Source: Euprymna scolopes
Lineage: Eukaryota
Strand: one strand, 5' to 3'
Length of the DNA stretch: 64,000 nt
Assembly (NCBI GenBank): GCA_053919585.1
Contig: CM132790.1
Of the stretch, positions 27,677 through 40,600 are shown piece after piece (the first letter of the stretch is position 1; each line of letters begins with the position of its first letter). A model generated the notes under the pieces. It searched no databases, was not told the origin of the DNA, and saw only the letters and a program-made list of their open reading frames with translations. The translations under genes and the position numbers were made by a program.

Positions 27677-28851
27677 ATTGCTGGACTGTTGCTCTTGACA
27701 TATCGAAGGTGTTCGATAAGTTATTGTATAAGGGCCCTCTTCACAAGCTTCCAGCTACGGTATTACTGAAAATGTTTTCTCAATCATTACATCATTTCTC
27801 TCTGATAGGTTCATAAGTGTAGTGGTTGATGGGCAGAAATCAGAGACCCACAGTATTAATGCTGGATTCCCCCAGGGGTTAATCCCGGGCCCAACTCTCT
27901 TCCGATTCTACATCAATGATTTCCCAAAACACATACTTGAATCATTCGTTCACATCTATGCTGATGACCGACTATCTATGGCAACACATCAAAGGCCGTA
28001 AATGACAAAGTTCTCTCTAATTCTCTCTCCTCTGATCTTGAGCATGTGGTACAATGGGAAAAGAGTTGGCTGGTCACTTTTAATTCATCCAAAATCAAGC
28101 TTCTATCTTTACATCATCAACGCTCTGCTCCCGATCTGGCATCAATTAAAATTGATGGCTCTCGTCTTGGGGAGGCTCCCTGTTTTGACAAGCTTCTGGC
28201 TTTGATATTTACTCCTGATCTTACATGTAATACGTACATAAATCTGTTGACAGGGACGCTGGGAAAATCGTGGGATAATTCTACCACCCAAGAAGATATC
28301 TCACTGCTGATGCAATTCTCTATCTATATAAAAGCCAAGTACGTCCAAGGATGGAGTACTGCTGCCCCATCAGGGCAGGAGCTGCTAAAAACAGCCTATC
28401 CTGCCATGACAAGTACAAAATAGACTTCGTGGTTTGGTGGGGGATGCCCTTTTCTCTTCCCTGCAACCTCTCTCCCACAGAAGAGACGTTGCGAGCCTGT
28501 CTTTGTTTTATCGTAATTTCCATGGCAGGTGCTCGTCAAAGCTTCAATCCCCCGCCCCCCTCGCCAATCTTTCACGGGAAACACCCGTCTGGCTTAGACT
28601 ACTGTAAATAATTTCCCTCACTCTCTATCTGAGCCTTAATCAAAACGTAGATTCCATGAGCAAAGCTTCTTTCTTAGAACTGCATTCCAGTAAAACTCTC
28701 TGCCGCCTGCCTATTTCCCACATAACTACAACGTGGTCGTTTTCAAGTCCAACATAAACAAACTCCTGACAAACCACCCCCTTAAGTAAGACACTCTATC
28801 AAAACCCCCAATATTAATGATTACTACAATACTATCTCATTGTAAAAAAAG

Positions 28852-28854
<3 letters not shown>
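27677..28854 (+). mobile_element. CR1-group LINE, 5'-truncated (RT C-half to 3' end), followed by (TA)n
   Basis: VALDISK.FDK, GFPQG..GPTLF..YINDF, YADD, VQWEKSWLVTFNSSK, MEYCCPIRAGA. Confidence 0.92.
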
Positions 28855-28919
<65 letters not shown>

Positions 28920-31290
28920 GGAATATTACGTTTCCAACCTGTTTCCCTGACCAGGAAGAACAACATGCATCACTTCTAGATCTGTTTTGACCACAGTTCC
29001 CGATGGTGGTGTAACGAATGCCGACAGCTCACTTGGGAACGCTCATCATGCAGTGGTAATGGTTGAAATCGCCCTAAACCCTATAGCCTAAACTGAAGAG
29101 CCAGTGCTCAAAACCACGATATTTTATAAAAGGTTTAGTGGGAAGCTCAGAGATCTTATTAGAGATGTCCCATGGGGAAATCTTTTTTCTCTTCCTGGTA
29201 AATAGTGCGCAAATGACATCACTGAATTGTACAAACTTGCACTCGAAGCGCATGTTCCCATGCGGAAATTTTATAGCAAAACCCCATTCTCCACAATGGT
29301 TTACTTCAACTTGCACAACTGCCATTGCTCAAAGGCAGCATGGTACCGCAGGTTTAACCGACATATGTCCAGTTCAAACAGACAGAATTACATAGAAGCT
29401 AGAAGTAATGTTAAGAAAGAAATAGCGACAGCTAAGAGAGAATTTACGGAAACCCTTAAAAAACGCATCGAAGCACAAAAACTAGGAACTCGTGTCTTCT
29501 GGAAAATCTACAACAGTGTAGTAAATAATGGGCATTCAACAATTCCCCCACTAACTAAAAATCACGAGGTTGTCTGGTCAGCAACTGAGAAGGCTTACAT
29601 GCTTGCCAGTCAGTTTGCCTCAAACTCCCCACTCGATCCTTCCAAACACCCATACATAAATTTGCTATGCTGACGGACGCCACGCAAGACGATCTGAAAA
29701 TCATCCCTGCTCAGGTGCATGCTATCATAAAAAACCTTGACACTTCAAAAGCATGTGGACCTGATCTCATCCCAGTTGTGCTATTAAGAAACTGCTCAGC
29801 CGAAGTATCTTCATTTTTCTCCAGACTATACAGTAAATGCCTTAAGGAATCTTGCTGCCGGGCTGTTGGAAAACTGGTTCTGTAGTACCAGTATTCAAGA
29901 ATTCTGGCGAACGAAGTGACCCATTAAATTATCGCCCCATTAGGCTCCTCCCACTTTTTACCAAAATATTTGAGACCTAAATTAACCACGCTCTGGTACA
30001 TCACCTAAAAAATGATAAACTTCTGACTGACAAACAGTATGGATTTCGACAAGCCCGTTCCACAGCAGACATATTAACTGTAATCTCAGAACGTACATAC
30101 CATTCACTGGACAAAGCGGGGGAGGGCAAAGCGGTAGTTCTATATATATCTAAGGCCTTTGATAGGTTATGGCATGAGGGGCTCTTCAGGAAAATAAGAT
30201 CATACGGTATCACTGGTAGAATACTTAACATAATTAAATCCTTCTTAATAAGAGAAAAATCCAGGTTGTCCTCGACGATCGCATATCTAAACAAGATTAT
30301 ATAAATGCGTGAGTGACTCAGGGGGTTATCCTTGGACCTCTACCCTTCCTGATATTCATAAATGACTTCCCCGACAAAATTGCCTCTGAGATGGGTATAT
30401 TTGCTGATGACACCACACTCAATAACAGGCACGGCAGGAAAACAAATGAACACATATCTAAAGAAATGGAAGAAACACTAGAGGATGACCTCTAATATGT
30501 AGTAGGATGGGGACAAAAATGGATGGCCACGTCCAATACCGTCAAGACTAAACTAGTTTCATTCAATAATTACAAGAACCCTTTCTCTACCACCTATAGC
30601 AATAGCTAACGACTCTTTATATGAGAGTACATCTTTCAAACTCCTTGGCCTAAACTTCACAGGAAACATGAGTTGGAACAATTACATTGAAGGAATTGCC
30701 AGGGCCGCTACAAGGAAGTGGGGTCTCCCCACCGTGATAGAAAACTACTAACACACGAAAGTATCCTGTACCTCTATAAGGCCACCATTCGCCCATGTAT
30801 GGAGTATTGCTGTGATATTTGGGCCGGTGCATCTGCTACTAGACTCTCGCTCCTTGACAAGATTCAAAATGCGTCGCAAATCTGATACGCCCTGAATGGC
30901 AGCTAAGCTTAAGCCTCTGTCCCATCGAGGAAAGGTTGCATCCCTCTGCCTGTTCTACAAGTATTATAATGGTGAATGCTCTGACGAACTGCAAGCACTT
31001 GTGTCCCCACGACGTTAACACCCTCGACAAACCGGAAAGGCTGTTAAATCCCACACCTACACTTTAGAGATCCCTAGATGTAAAATATATTTCTTCTCCA
31101 GTAGTTTCTTCCCCAGAACCGCTAGACTTTGGAATTCCATTCCGGGTCCCTACTTCCCCAACTGTACTGACATGCTGAGGTTCAAGTGCAACGTGAAACG
31201 ACATATTTCTGCCCAAATCCCTACATCGTACTCAAGTAGTTGTTGCCCCCGATAGTAGCCCCCTAAACCTAAGTGGCAATTTGCTTTGTT
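28920..31290 (+). mobile_element. CR1-group LINE of a second subfamily, decayed ORF2 (APE C-terminus + RT)
   Basis: LLDLF.T, PQWFTSTC, KACGPDLIP, NYRPI.LL, QYGFRQARSTAD, QGVILGPLPFLIFINDF, FADDTTL, RPCMEYCCDIWAGA. Its nucleotide sequence clearly differs from the other copies. Confidence 0.92.
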
Positions 31291-31456
31291 TTGGGTGAAA
31301 ATGTAAAAAATAAAAAGCAGGTCTATAAGAAAGACAACGAAATGAAGCAAGGTTTAAATTGCATTAGAAACTAATAATTATTCCCAATAGAATCTTAAGC
31401 GAGCAATTTTAATTTAAACCTGTGTTTTTACATTTCGCGCAATCGTGGCTTCAGAC

Positions 31457-31538
<82 letters not shown>

Positions 31539-31700
31539 CCATCCAAAAACGTTCTAAATAAAAATGAACATGAATTAAAAAAAAATACAACATCAACATA
31601 GGCGAAAAAGATCTATTTGTTTGGAAAATCGATTGTCACAATCGCGGATCGGGTCAAGCAAATTTATTCATGTATTTTATTATGGAAAATCTTTTAACTG

Positions 31701-31776
<76 letters not shown>

Positions 31777-32027
31777 AGTATATACCTACAGCGTTAATAA
31801 TCATTGTGGATATAAATAAAAATGATTGTAAAAATTGTGTGTTACTCTGCGGCTGACAAGTACTCGCTTTTCTCTTTAAAAAGAAATCTAAAAGAAAATA
31901 GTTATAATAAAATGAAAAAAAAATGTATATCGTTACCTGGAATGTAAAGCCACCTTGATACGAAAAAAGTCAGGTCATTTATAACACAGAACATCTATAG
32001 TTTCTTTGTTTGTGTTTACATAATAGT

Positions 32028-33113
32028 CGACACTTATCAAGGCCCGGAAGCAACTCAGTGATATGCGCTATTCCGTGAACAATAATCAATGCGATAATAT
32101 CGTAGTAATCCTTTGTATTGGGGATTTGATAAAGTGTCTTAATTAAAGGGGCGGTTCATCAGGATTTTATTTATGTTGGACTTAAAGACATCAAAGTTGT
32201 AGTCAGGTGGGAAACAGCCAAACAGAAGAGAGTTCCAAAGGCGTGGGTTTATAAAAAAGAAGTTTGGTTCATGGAATCTACGTTTTGATTTAGGTATATA
32301 TAAAGAGTGGGGAAATTTATAGGTAGTGATTTCAGCTAGACGAGTGATTTTCGTTAAATATTGGCGAAAGGGGACCAGGAATTTAAGCTCAGACGAGGAC
32401 GTGCCCTGAAAATATACAGACATCAAAGACAGGCTCGCAACGTCTCATCTGTAGGATAGAGATTAAAGGGAAGAGAAAAGTGTATCCCCACTAAACTACG
32501 AAGTCAATTTTGTACTGTCAAAGCAGGATAGGCTGTTTTTAGCAGCTCCTTCCCAGATGTGGCAGCGGTACTCCTTCCTTGAACGTACTTGTCTTTTGTA
32601 TAGATAGAGAATTTCATCAGCATTGATATATCATCTGGTGCGTTAGAAGGATCCTTCCATTTTTCCAGCAACCTTAGCAACAGACTTGATGAGGGTGTTC
32701 GATTTCAGTACTGGAGTAAAGGTCAAGCCCAGAAGCTTGTAAAACCACGGATCCACACCAAGACGGGAGCCATCCAATTAAATTGATGCCAGATCGGGAT
32801 CAGAGCGTTGATCATGTAAATATAGGAATTTGGCATTACAAGTAACCAGCCACCTCTTCCATCGGTGTACAACGTGATCAAGATCAGAGGAGAGAGAATC
32901 AGAGAGAACTTGGACATTTGATGTGTTGCCATAGATGGTCGTGTCATCAGCATAGAGTCAACGAATGATGTAAATATGTGTTTTGGAAGATCATTGATCA
33001 GGAAGAGAGTTAAGCCCAGGATGAAACCCTGAGGGACTCCTTCATTTAGAATGTAGTCCTCTTATTTCTGCAAATCAACCACTACTTTATGAGCCTAACA
33101 AAGAGAAACGATT
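32028..33113 (-). mobile_element. CR1-group LINE 3' part, interrupted by the mariner insertion
   Basis: GVPQGFILG..LFL.NDLP, YADDTT and ORF 32139..32426 (SSSEL..FHEPNFF..RLWNSL..CFPPDYNFDVFKSNINK). It has the family 3' end. Confidence 0.9.
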
Positions 33114-33115
33114 TA

Positions 33116-34020
33116 CGAGGATCGTGCTATAAGTAATGCCCCTGACCCTCTTTCCATAAAAAGTAGAGAAACGAATCTTGGCACATTTATTAGTCTTTTC
33201 CTACAGAGGAAACACCCAGAGTTATTCATTTCTCCCATCCTATGATGCAGTTCTGGAGACTGTTTTTGTAGAACACCGCAGGTTGGTTCTCCATCCACGA
33301 CGTGACTGCAGAAATCAAGGATGCATCATCTGGGAGACGCTTTCCTTTCAAAAGCAACTTCATGGCTGGAAAGAGGTGAAAGTCAGAGGGGGTAAAGTCA
33401 GGAGAGTATGGAGGATGAGGATGGATTTCATAACCACACGCCCGTGCTTCTGATCTGGACACATGCAAGTTGTGGACCGGAGCGTTGTCCTGCAGGAGTA
33501 GGGTAACTTGCTGATTGTGCTCCAACTCTGGGTTTTGATATATTCTCTTAATTTCCTCAAAGTGAAGCGTAATAGGCTCCTGCAATTGTAGTATGCTTTG
33601 TCAGGAAATTTGTCATCACTACTCCGTCCTGGTTCCAGACGACTGTGTGCCTGACCTTGCCAGCGGAGGGCTTCACCCCTGCCTTCTTTGGAGGGGGTGT
33701 GTCCAAGTGCATTCACGGCATTGACTGGGCTTTGGTGTCTGGATCATAGTAATCGACCCAGGATTCATCCTGTGTAATCAGTCTTTTGAAAAAATTGACT
33801 CATCTTCTTGGCACATCTCCAAATTCATCCTCGAGCACTCGACGCTTTCTCGCTTCTGGAATGGTGTAAGCAACCTTGGAATCCATCTGGCAGACACCCT
33901 ATGCATATGTAAATGGTCATAAATGATAGTTTCCACAAACCCTGTACTAATCTTGACATCATGAGCTATTTGGCAAATAGTAATGCGCCGATCTTCCAAA
34001 ATGGAAGCCTCAACTTGACG
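33116..34020 (-). mobile_element. Mariner (DD34D) transposon, 5'-truncated transposase pseudogene with one TIR
   Basis: EDRRITI..IA, SARWIPRLLT, ITQDESWV.YYDP and LLQDNAPVH...HPPYSPDFTPSDFHLF with D34D spacing. The TIR TA|CGAGGATCGTGCTATAAGTAATGCC starts at 33116. Confidence 0.93.
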
Positions 34021-34083
34021 GAAGCGAGAAAGCGTCGAGTGCTCGAGGATGAATTTGGAGATGTGCCAAGAAGATGAGTCAAT
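34021..34083 (+). repeat. Perfect 63-bp inverted duplication of mariner segment 33794-33856
   Basis: gaagcgagaaagcgtcgagtgctcgaggatgaatttggagatgtgccaagaagatgagtcaat is the exact reverse complement of 33794-33856. Confidence 0.97.
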
Positions 34084-34206
34084 AATTGAATTGGAATAAA
34101 ATAGCGCAGTAACTTAAAAGATGGTATCTAAAAATAATTTTTATTTTAATTATTTTTAGATACCATCTTTTAAGTTACTACGCTATTTTATTCCAATTCA
34201 ATTATT
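34081..34206. repeat. Long palindrome: 59-bp arms, 8-nt loop, 1 mismatch
   Basis: 34081-34139 and 34148-34206 are reverse complements apart from gcgCag versus gcgTag. Confidence 0.97.
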
Positions 34207-34476
34207 TATAATTAAAAAAAAAAGATTCTTTCGTAATCTCGTGTCATTTTATTTATTTAATCTATCACCGCTATATTCCCAAACACAATTTTTAATCTCT
34301 ACGATATTTTATCTTTTAGACGTAATCCACTACACTAGTTTACTCTAATTAGTTCTTCTCTCATAAAATGTATATACATGTATATATGACATCTAATTTA
34401 CATAAGGAAAACACGCTGCTCTCCCCCATCATTATATATAGCCCCAATCCTCCGACTCTCTCGTCAATGACCATCC

Positions 34477-34515
34477 CTCTTGAAGAAGCCCGCATAAATC
34501 GGGCGAAACGTTGAG
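34477..34515 (+). ncRNA. Minimal type I hammerhead ribozyme motif (Penelope-like pLTR type)
   Basis: ctc-TTGAAGA-a-gcccg-cataaat-cgggc-GAAAC-GTT-gag. Stem I is ctc/gag, stem II is a perfect 5 bp, and stem III is palindromic AACGTT. The core has a C3U variant. Confidence 0.7.
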
Positions 34516-34789
34516 TATCCAGGTCCTTCNNNNNNNNNNNNNNNNNNNNNNNNNNNNNNNNNNNNNNNNNNNNNNNNNNNNNNNNNNNNNNNNNNNNNNN
34601 NNNNNNNNNNNNNNNNNNNNNNNNNNNNNNNNNNNNNNNNNNNNNNNNNNNNNNNNNNNNNNNNNNNNNNNNNNNNNNNNNNNNNCATTGCCGGGTGTTT
34701 GAATGTGTGTGTTGAGCAAAAAAAAAAAAAAAATGGTAGTAGAATGGCAGGCTAGAACCCGTACTGCAAAGCAGGAACCGAGCGGGGGA

Positions 34790-35112
34790 AAACCTGACGT
34801 CTATGTTGTTACGACCACCGCCAACCGGAAGTGACATTTTTAAAACTTAAAGCTAGACAATCGAAAGGACAGGATTACTTTTTAAAAATATCGGTGAGAA
34901 AAGCACCCCCCCTTTGTAGAAAAGTGTCCAGTTTAAGGTGAAGATATTAATGTTTTTAGCCAAAAGTCGGAAAGGTTGGAAAGGTCGGACAGTAACCTGT
35001 ATATAAAATATCGAGTGTGTAGACTTAAAATTGACAGAGTTATTGCGTAGGGAAATGTACACACACAGACACACAGTAAGACAGATACACAGGCACGTTA
35101 AGTTTTATAAAT
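34790..35112 (-). mobile_element. Helitron-family 5' segment, in tandem with the next copy
   Basis: Shares ttgacagagttatt.cgtagg.aaatgtacacacaga..cacag with 35450-35520. Confidence 0.55.
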
Positions 35113-35115
35113 AAA

Positions 35116-35521
35116 CTCGCATGGGTGCCCGGCCTTGCCCGGGTATTTGGAGGTGTATGTTAAGCAAAAAAAAAAGGCAACTTTTTTTTAACTTAGACAC
35201 CTAGTATAACCCCTTAAAATGTATTGTTTTTGGCTCAAATCTAGTTATTAAGTTTGATCCATGTCGAAGGAATTTATATCCAAAATTTCAAGTGTGTTGA
35301 CCCAAAATCGTCGGAGGAGTTTGGTAGAGATCTCAAAGGTAAAATCGTTGAACTTTGCCCCCTTAATCGCCAAATTTCTGGCGAAAAACCAATCACATCG
35401 ATTTTCCTTAATCTCAGTACCCTGTATATCAAATTTCGAGTCTGTAGACGACAGTTGACAGAGTTATTTCGTAGGAAAATGTACACACAGAGAAACACAG
35501 AATCACACACAGACACTTTCA

Positions 35522-35570
<49 letters not shown>
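35116..35570 (-). mobile_element. Non-autonomous Helitron
   Basis: Minus-strand 3' end CCCGGGCAAGGCCGGG hairpin-cacccatg-CGAG|T (a degenerate CTAG), the same terminus type as 13039. The 5' end is lost in (TA)n. Confidence 0.65.
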
Positions 35571-35572
<2 letters not shown>

Positions 35573-36589
35573 ATGTCATATATATTTTTATAACTTACCC
35601 CCTAGCTCTATAATTGTATTGAATACTATTGAAATAAATTCTTAAAGTTTATGCATAAAATAATACTTTCGTATATTAATTTATGTGATTAAATATAGTA
35701 TATTTATATATATATACATATATATATATACATATATATATATATGTATATATATATAACCCCCAAAAAGCTGGCCTTGAGGAAGGGCAGACGAAAACGT
35801 GCTGCTATTGTTTTAAATGACCTGTAATACCATAACTGAAAGATTTGAATCAAAATATTCTTTCCTATATGATATCTCTTATTTTTGGAAGATAGGGTAC
35901 GATTACGAATTCCCAAGAATCAAACAAATGTGAAAATGTACTTTATGCATGATAACCAAAGAGTGGAAGTATAATATATGATAAATATTTGGAATCTGGT
36001 CTCCCTTTGTTTTTATTGGAGATTATTTGCAAATTTAGCGACAAGTTAGAGGCTTCCCGTCATCACACCCATATTTTTTTGGAAAAAGCAGATATTGTGT
36101 AATTAATGTACACATTAAGAAAAGCATGACGATTATTGAAACATATTATGGCTATAAACAATTGAAAAATAGGCTCTGGATGATAAATGCTACTCTTTAT
36201 ACGGACAAAAGTTATACTGTCTAAAAAATTCAGCTCATACCCTTTCCAGCTAGCCTTTATTTGTAAAATTCTGATACATATTCGCTGAGATTTTCCAAAA
36301 AGGAGGGATACGTATATATACAATGGTGCCAAAAAATATTCATATTTGACTATAAATTAGAGTATTTTAGTGTTGATGTCAATTAGAAAAAATAACTTCA
36401 AATCGACACTTCCACGAGAAAAAAAATCGGTATTCATTACTAGACCGGATAAATTTCCAGGGGCTGCAGTACTAACTCGCCATTGATTATGTTGCCAAAT
36501 ATGTATCATATTGTATGACACGGAGAAATTTATAAAATTGGGGCCGGTAGTTAAGTAGGTTTAAAGTGGTGTACTTCCTGCCAGCAGAG

Positions 36590-37640
36590 CTAATATGTTT
36601 AGCCCTCAGAATCGATCAGTCCTATGTATTACCTAAAAGTCACAAAGCAACCTTACCTTAAGGGTGAATTTATCTATGATAGGTTAATAGCAGCATAAAG
36701 TTTCAAAACTGATCCTAAATATTTTACAACCTTTATTAAGACGTTACAGTAAATGTTGCCTTAAAGATCTATGTTATTTTGCAGGCTTTGACATAAGCAC
36801 ACTGGTTATTTGCGTCTCGATTTTAGAGACTACAGATATCCGTATTTTTTGTTAGATCGTAGTTATATATCACCTCCTCCTATTTCTGAAAGCATATTTG
36901 TTGAACTGGGGTAATTGGCCACTTAATCTGTTGACTTCAGTTTCAAGACTGCAATGTATCGGCTAATAGAAGATGCGCCAATGGGCTTAGTCTTGGGGCT
37001 GATAATTTCGAATATTTTCCTGGGATTCCATTAACAGCAATTACTCTGGGGACCCTTGAAACCCTTAATTAATCTTCGCTACCTAGACGACCCATTTTGC
37101 CTCTTCAATAAACAAGAAGAGGCAAATAGTTTTCTACCTACTAAATAAGATACATCCCGCGTCAAAGTATACTTATGAAGGAGAGTGTAACTGATCCATA
37201 ACTTTCCTACAAAACACACGTTACCTTATATAAATATACTGCACACCTTAAATTACAGATCTGTATACACGCTGGGGCCCATTGTACGCCCATAAACGTA
37301 AACTCTATTTCATTTTGACCCTAACACATCTAGCCATTATGATTTGCTTCAAATCAGAATTTGATGACGAATTTAAAATTATTACTGATGCCGTATTTAA
37401 AAATGGGTACCCTCTTGATATGATTAGATCAGTTATGCAAAGGAAAATAATTGAGTTCACTATAAATTAAATTAAAACTGTTGATAAATATCCAATATAT
37501 GTACGAACGTGGTTCGGGACAGTAAGTGAGAAAATATCAAAACCAATCAGCTTAACAGTGTAAAATTATTGTTTTGCTTTAAATGTGATTGTTGTGTTCT
37601 CTAGGAGAACTTTAATGCCTTCCTCTCGAAAATTTTGCAA
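36590..37640 (+). mobile_element. Penelope-like element RT pseudogene, heavily decayed
   Basis: YVLPKSHK, PMGLVLG.IISNIFLGFH, LRYLDD, YTDLYTRW and FKNGYPLDMIRSV are motifs typical of PLE RT and thumb regions. Confidence 0.75.
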
Positions 37641-40600
37641 TTCACCATTATGGTTTTATTTGAATAAATTGATTTCTAATTATATAATACAGGCAATATC
37701 CATCATATTTTTTGAAAAAAAGAAAACAAATTAACAGAGTTTAATAACCGCTACAATATATATTACGTCTATTTTGGTATCACATATGTATTTTATTAAT
37801 GCAGTTTAAAATAACATACCAGATAATATAAATACTTTGCTTGTACAGTTCATTCTTTATTAAATATTCTTGAAAACTTGCGAGATTCCTTGAACATTAC
37901 TGCAATATTGAATCAAAATATGTCCGTTTAATTTGTTATTTGAGAAATTCTTTGTAGGTGTTAGTGACATGATTCTATTCTACGAATACCTGACACGAAC
38001 AAAGGGCTGGCTATGTTATAGTATTTTATAGGAACTAAACAGCTACCTTATGATTGCTCCCAACCTGAAAGCTAACGAATATATATTGTTTTTAGTTTCG
38101 TGTGCTCCAAAACAGCGACATAGATAAATATGTGAATTTATGGATACAGCTTTCTGTTTGTGTTAAATAGGGTGGACTTGATTATGTATGTACGTATGGC
38201 CATGCACATACTTATTTGTATTGGAGTAGTAGAAAATAGGTTGATGATTGAAAAGGTATAAATGTAAATATAATAAATGTAAATGTATCATCTCAATTGG
38301 TCCTGTTGATTTCCGTGCATTCCATGCCTTCAACGATCCTGTTACTTACATTTCTTACATTAACGTAAAAACAAAAAAGAAGCAAAATGTCTATGGGGCG
38401 TCTCTCTGATGCACTATTCTTTGTTTAATATTCTAATTTAATATTAATATATACCGTAAGATTGACATGCTTACTCTGTATTCATTACTAACATATATGC
38501 AAGTGCACACTTCTTCCTCGTAAACATTATTTCATGCCTAATTATAAAGATTCCTTGATATACAATGTGATGAAATTCTAAACATATTTATCCCCTATTC
38601 ATAACTCAATAGAAGGCAGAACCTGGGAGAAAATATCAAACAATGCTTAAAAATCAAGCGATAAATGTTATAATATATTTAATCTGAATCCTTATGATTA
38701 GTGATTGAACTACTAATTTAATATTGCATTTATTTAAACATGTGTGGTTTCCGTTATCTTAGAGATAGTAACAAAAATTAGATTTACAGGTCACTGCTTT
38801 AATATTCGTAATTAAGAGAGTGATTAAATACCCATTATAAATTTTAAGGACGATAAGCATATTTTCAATTACGATTATTATGTTTTGTCTAGGATTAAGG
38901 TTTATTATATGATCGTACATGTCTTCAGATAAGTTAATACACTTAGTATTTATTGCAAGATGTTTGCTTGAATTCTGATTAATCTGATAAATGCTATCAT
39001 TAATGGCCGACAATTATGTTGGTTCTCGATGGTGTAATCCTTGTTTCAATAAGAATTCAATATGATTTATGATTAATTATAAAGCAATGATAATTGATTA
39101 CGGCTATAATTAAATGTCAGTTACTGAACGTACGCGAAGGAATTCAACTCGAAGTCAATATTAGAGGTCGCTAGTTGTCGAAAGCAGTGATTAGTTAGCA
39201 GGTGCACTGGATATTGCCGTAGGTGTCCCTCGACGATTGGTTTAACCCCGGGCAATTAGTAACCCGCTGGTTATTAGCAGAAAATGTTGAGACAAGCTGT
39301 GATCCGTATCACTTTTCGTTTAGCGTAGTGAAGTATATATTGTTAATTAAAAGTTGATCAATGATTGGAAGGAAAACGCATGATGTTGACGTGAGAGGAA
39401 ATTTCAANNNNNNNNNNNNNNNNNNNNNNNNNNNNNNNNNNNNNNNNNNNNNNNNNNNNNNNNNNNNNNNNNNNNNNNNNNNNNNNNNNNNNNNNNNNNN
39501 NNNNNNNNNNNNNNNNNNNNNNNNNNNNNNNNNNNNNNNNNNNNNNNNNNNNNNNNNNAACAACCATAAATAAGGGTTTCTAAATTATCCATTTACATTT
39601 ACTTGGTATATCGAAGAAAACGAGTACTTACTTATTTATATTCACATTTGAAGGATTATTATTTATTTTGTGTGGTAATAGTGTTCAGTCTACGCCAGGG
39701 AAATTGATTTACAATCCAAGTCAGTGTGGAAGTGCAAGATATGTTTCATATAACTGCAGGAGAAATAATATAAAAAAGGTTCAATAACTGGGAAAAAGAA
39801 AATTATTGTGTATAGTTATTTTAATTACACATCCATAGTTTGTTATGTCCTAAACAGTGTCAAGTATCAATCGGAGTAATTTAATGGTAACAAAGGCGAT
39901 GTATTGTGCATATATGATTATCCCTGAAAAATAATATATTTACATGAAAGTAAAATGTAATTATTTTAAATAGTAAACAATTACATGCAACATTTGTTTG
40001 CAATTTAACCATATTTGTCTCACATATGTAATAGTCCATCAAGTGGATTTTTTTCTTTTTTTTCGTTTTATTATCTAATCGTAGGTCAGACCTTTGATGA
40101 AGATGATAATCGGACAAAGTCCATATATAACACTTTAAAGATAAATATAAGCGAAAATCCAATTAGGTCTTGCACATAATACAAGAGAAAAACATGACCA
40201 TAACTAGTATATATTCAAACAGCCATAATAAGAAAATATCCGTACATCCGTTATTTACTCGAGAATTGAGCGTAATAACATTTTATTTTCAACAAATATC
40301 GGAGGATTATAAAAATATTTGTATTCACTAACGTTTACAAGAATATATTAGTTTTAGGATCGAGTGCGTTAGACTTGCTAGCTGTGTGATCTTGTAGCTT
40401 AGTCAGCATGAACCTTACCCTTTTTTAAAATTATTTGTGTGCTGATTGAGTAACAAAAATATCAAAAACGTATTTTTTTAGAAATTGTCGAATTTGAAAT
40501 ATTCAGAAATATTATAAAATTTGAATGGTGTTTATTTTTCTATTTTAATTTGTTAAAAGTCATCGTTCTTTTAATTATTTGACATCTTATTATAACCAAA

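Noticed and set aside
39130-39312. GC-richer block as a terminal coding exon on the minus strand
   Set aside because: Only a ~37-codon open frame, with a weak acceptor and no recognisable domain.
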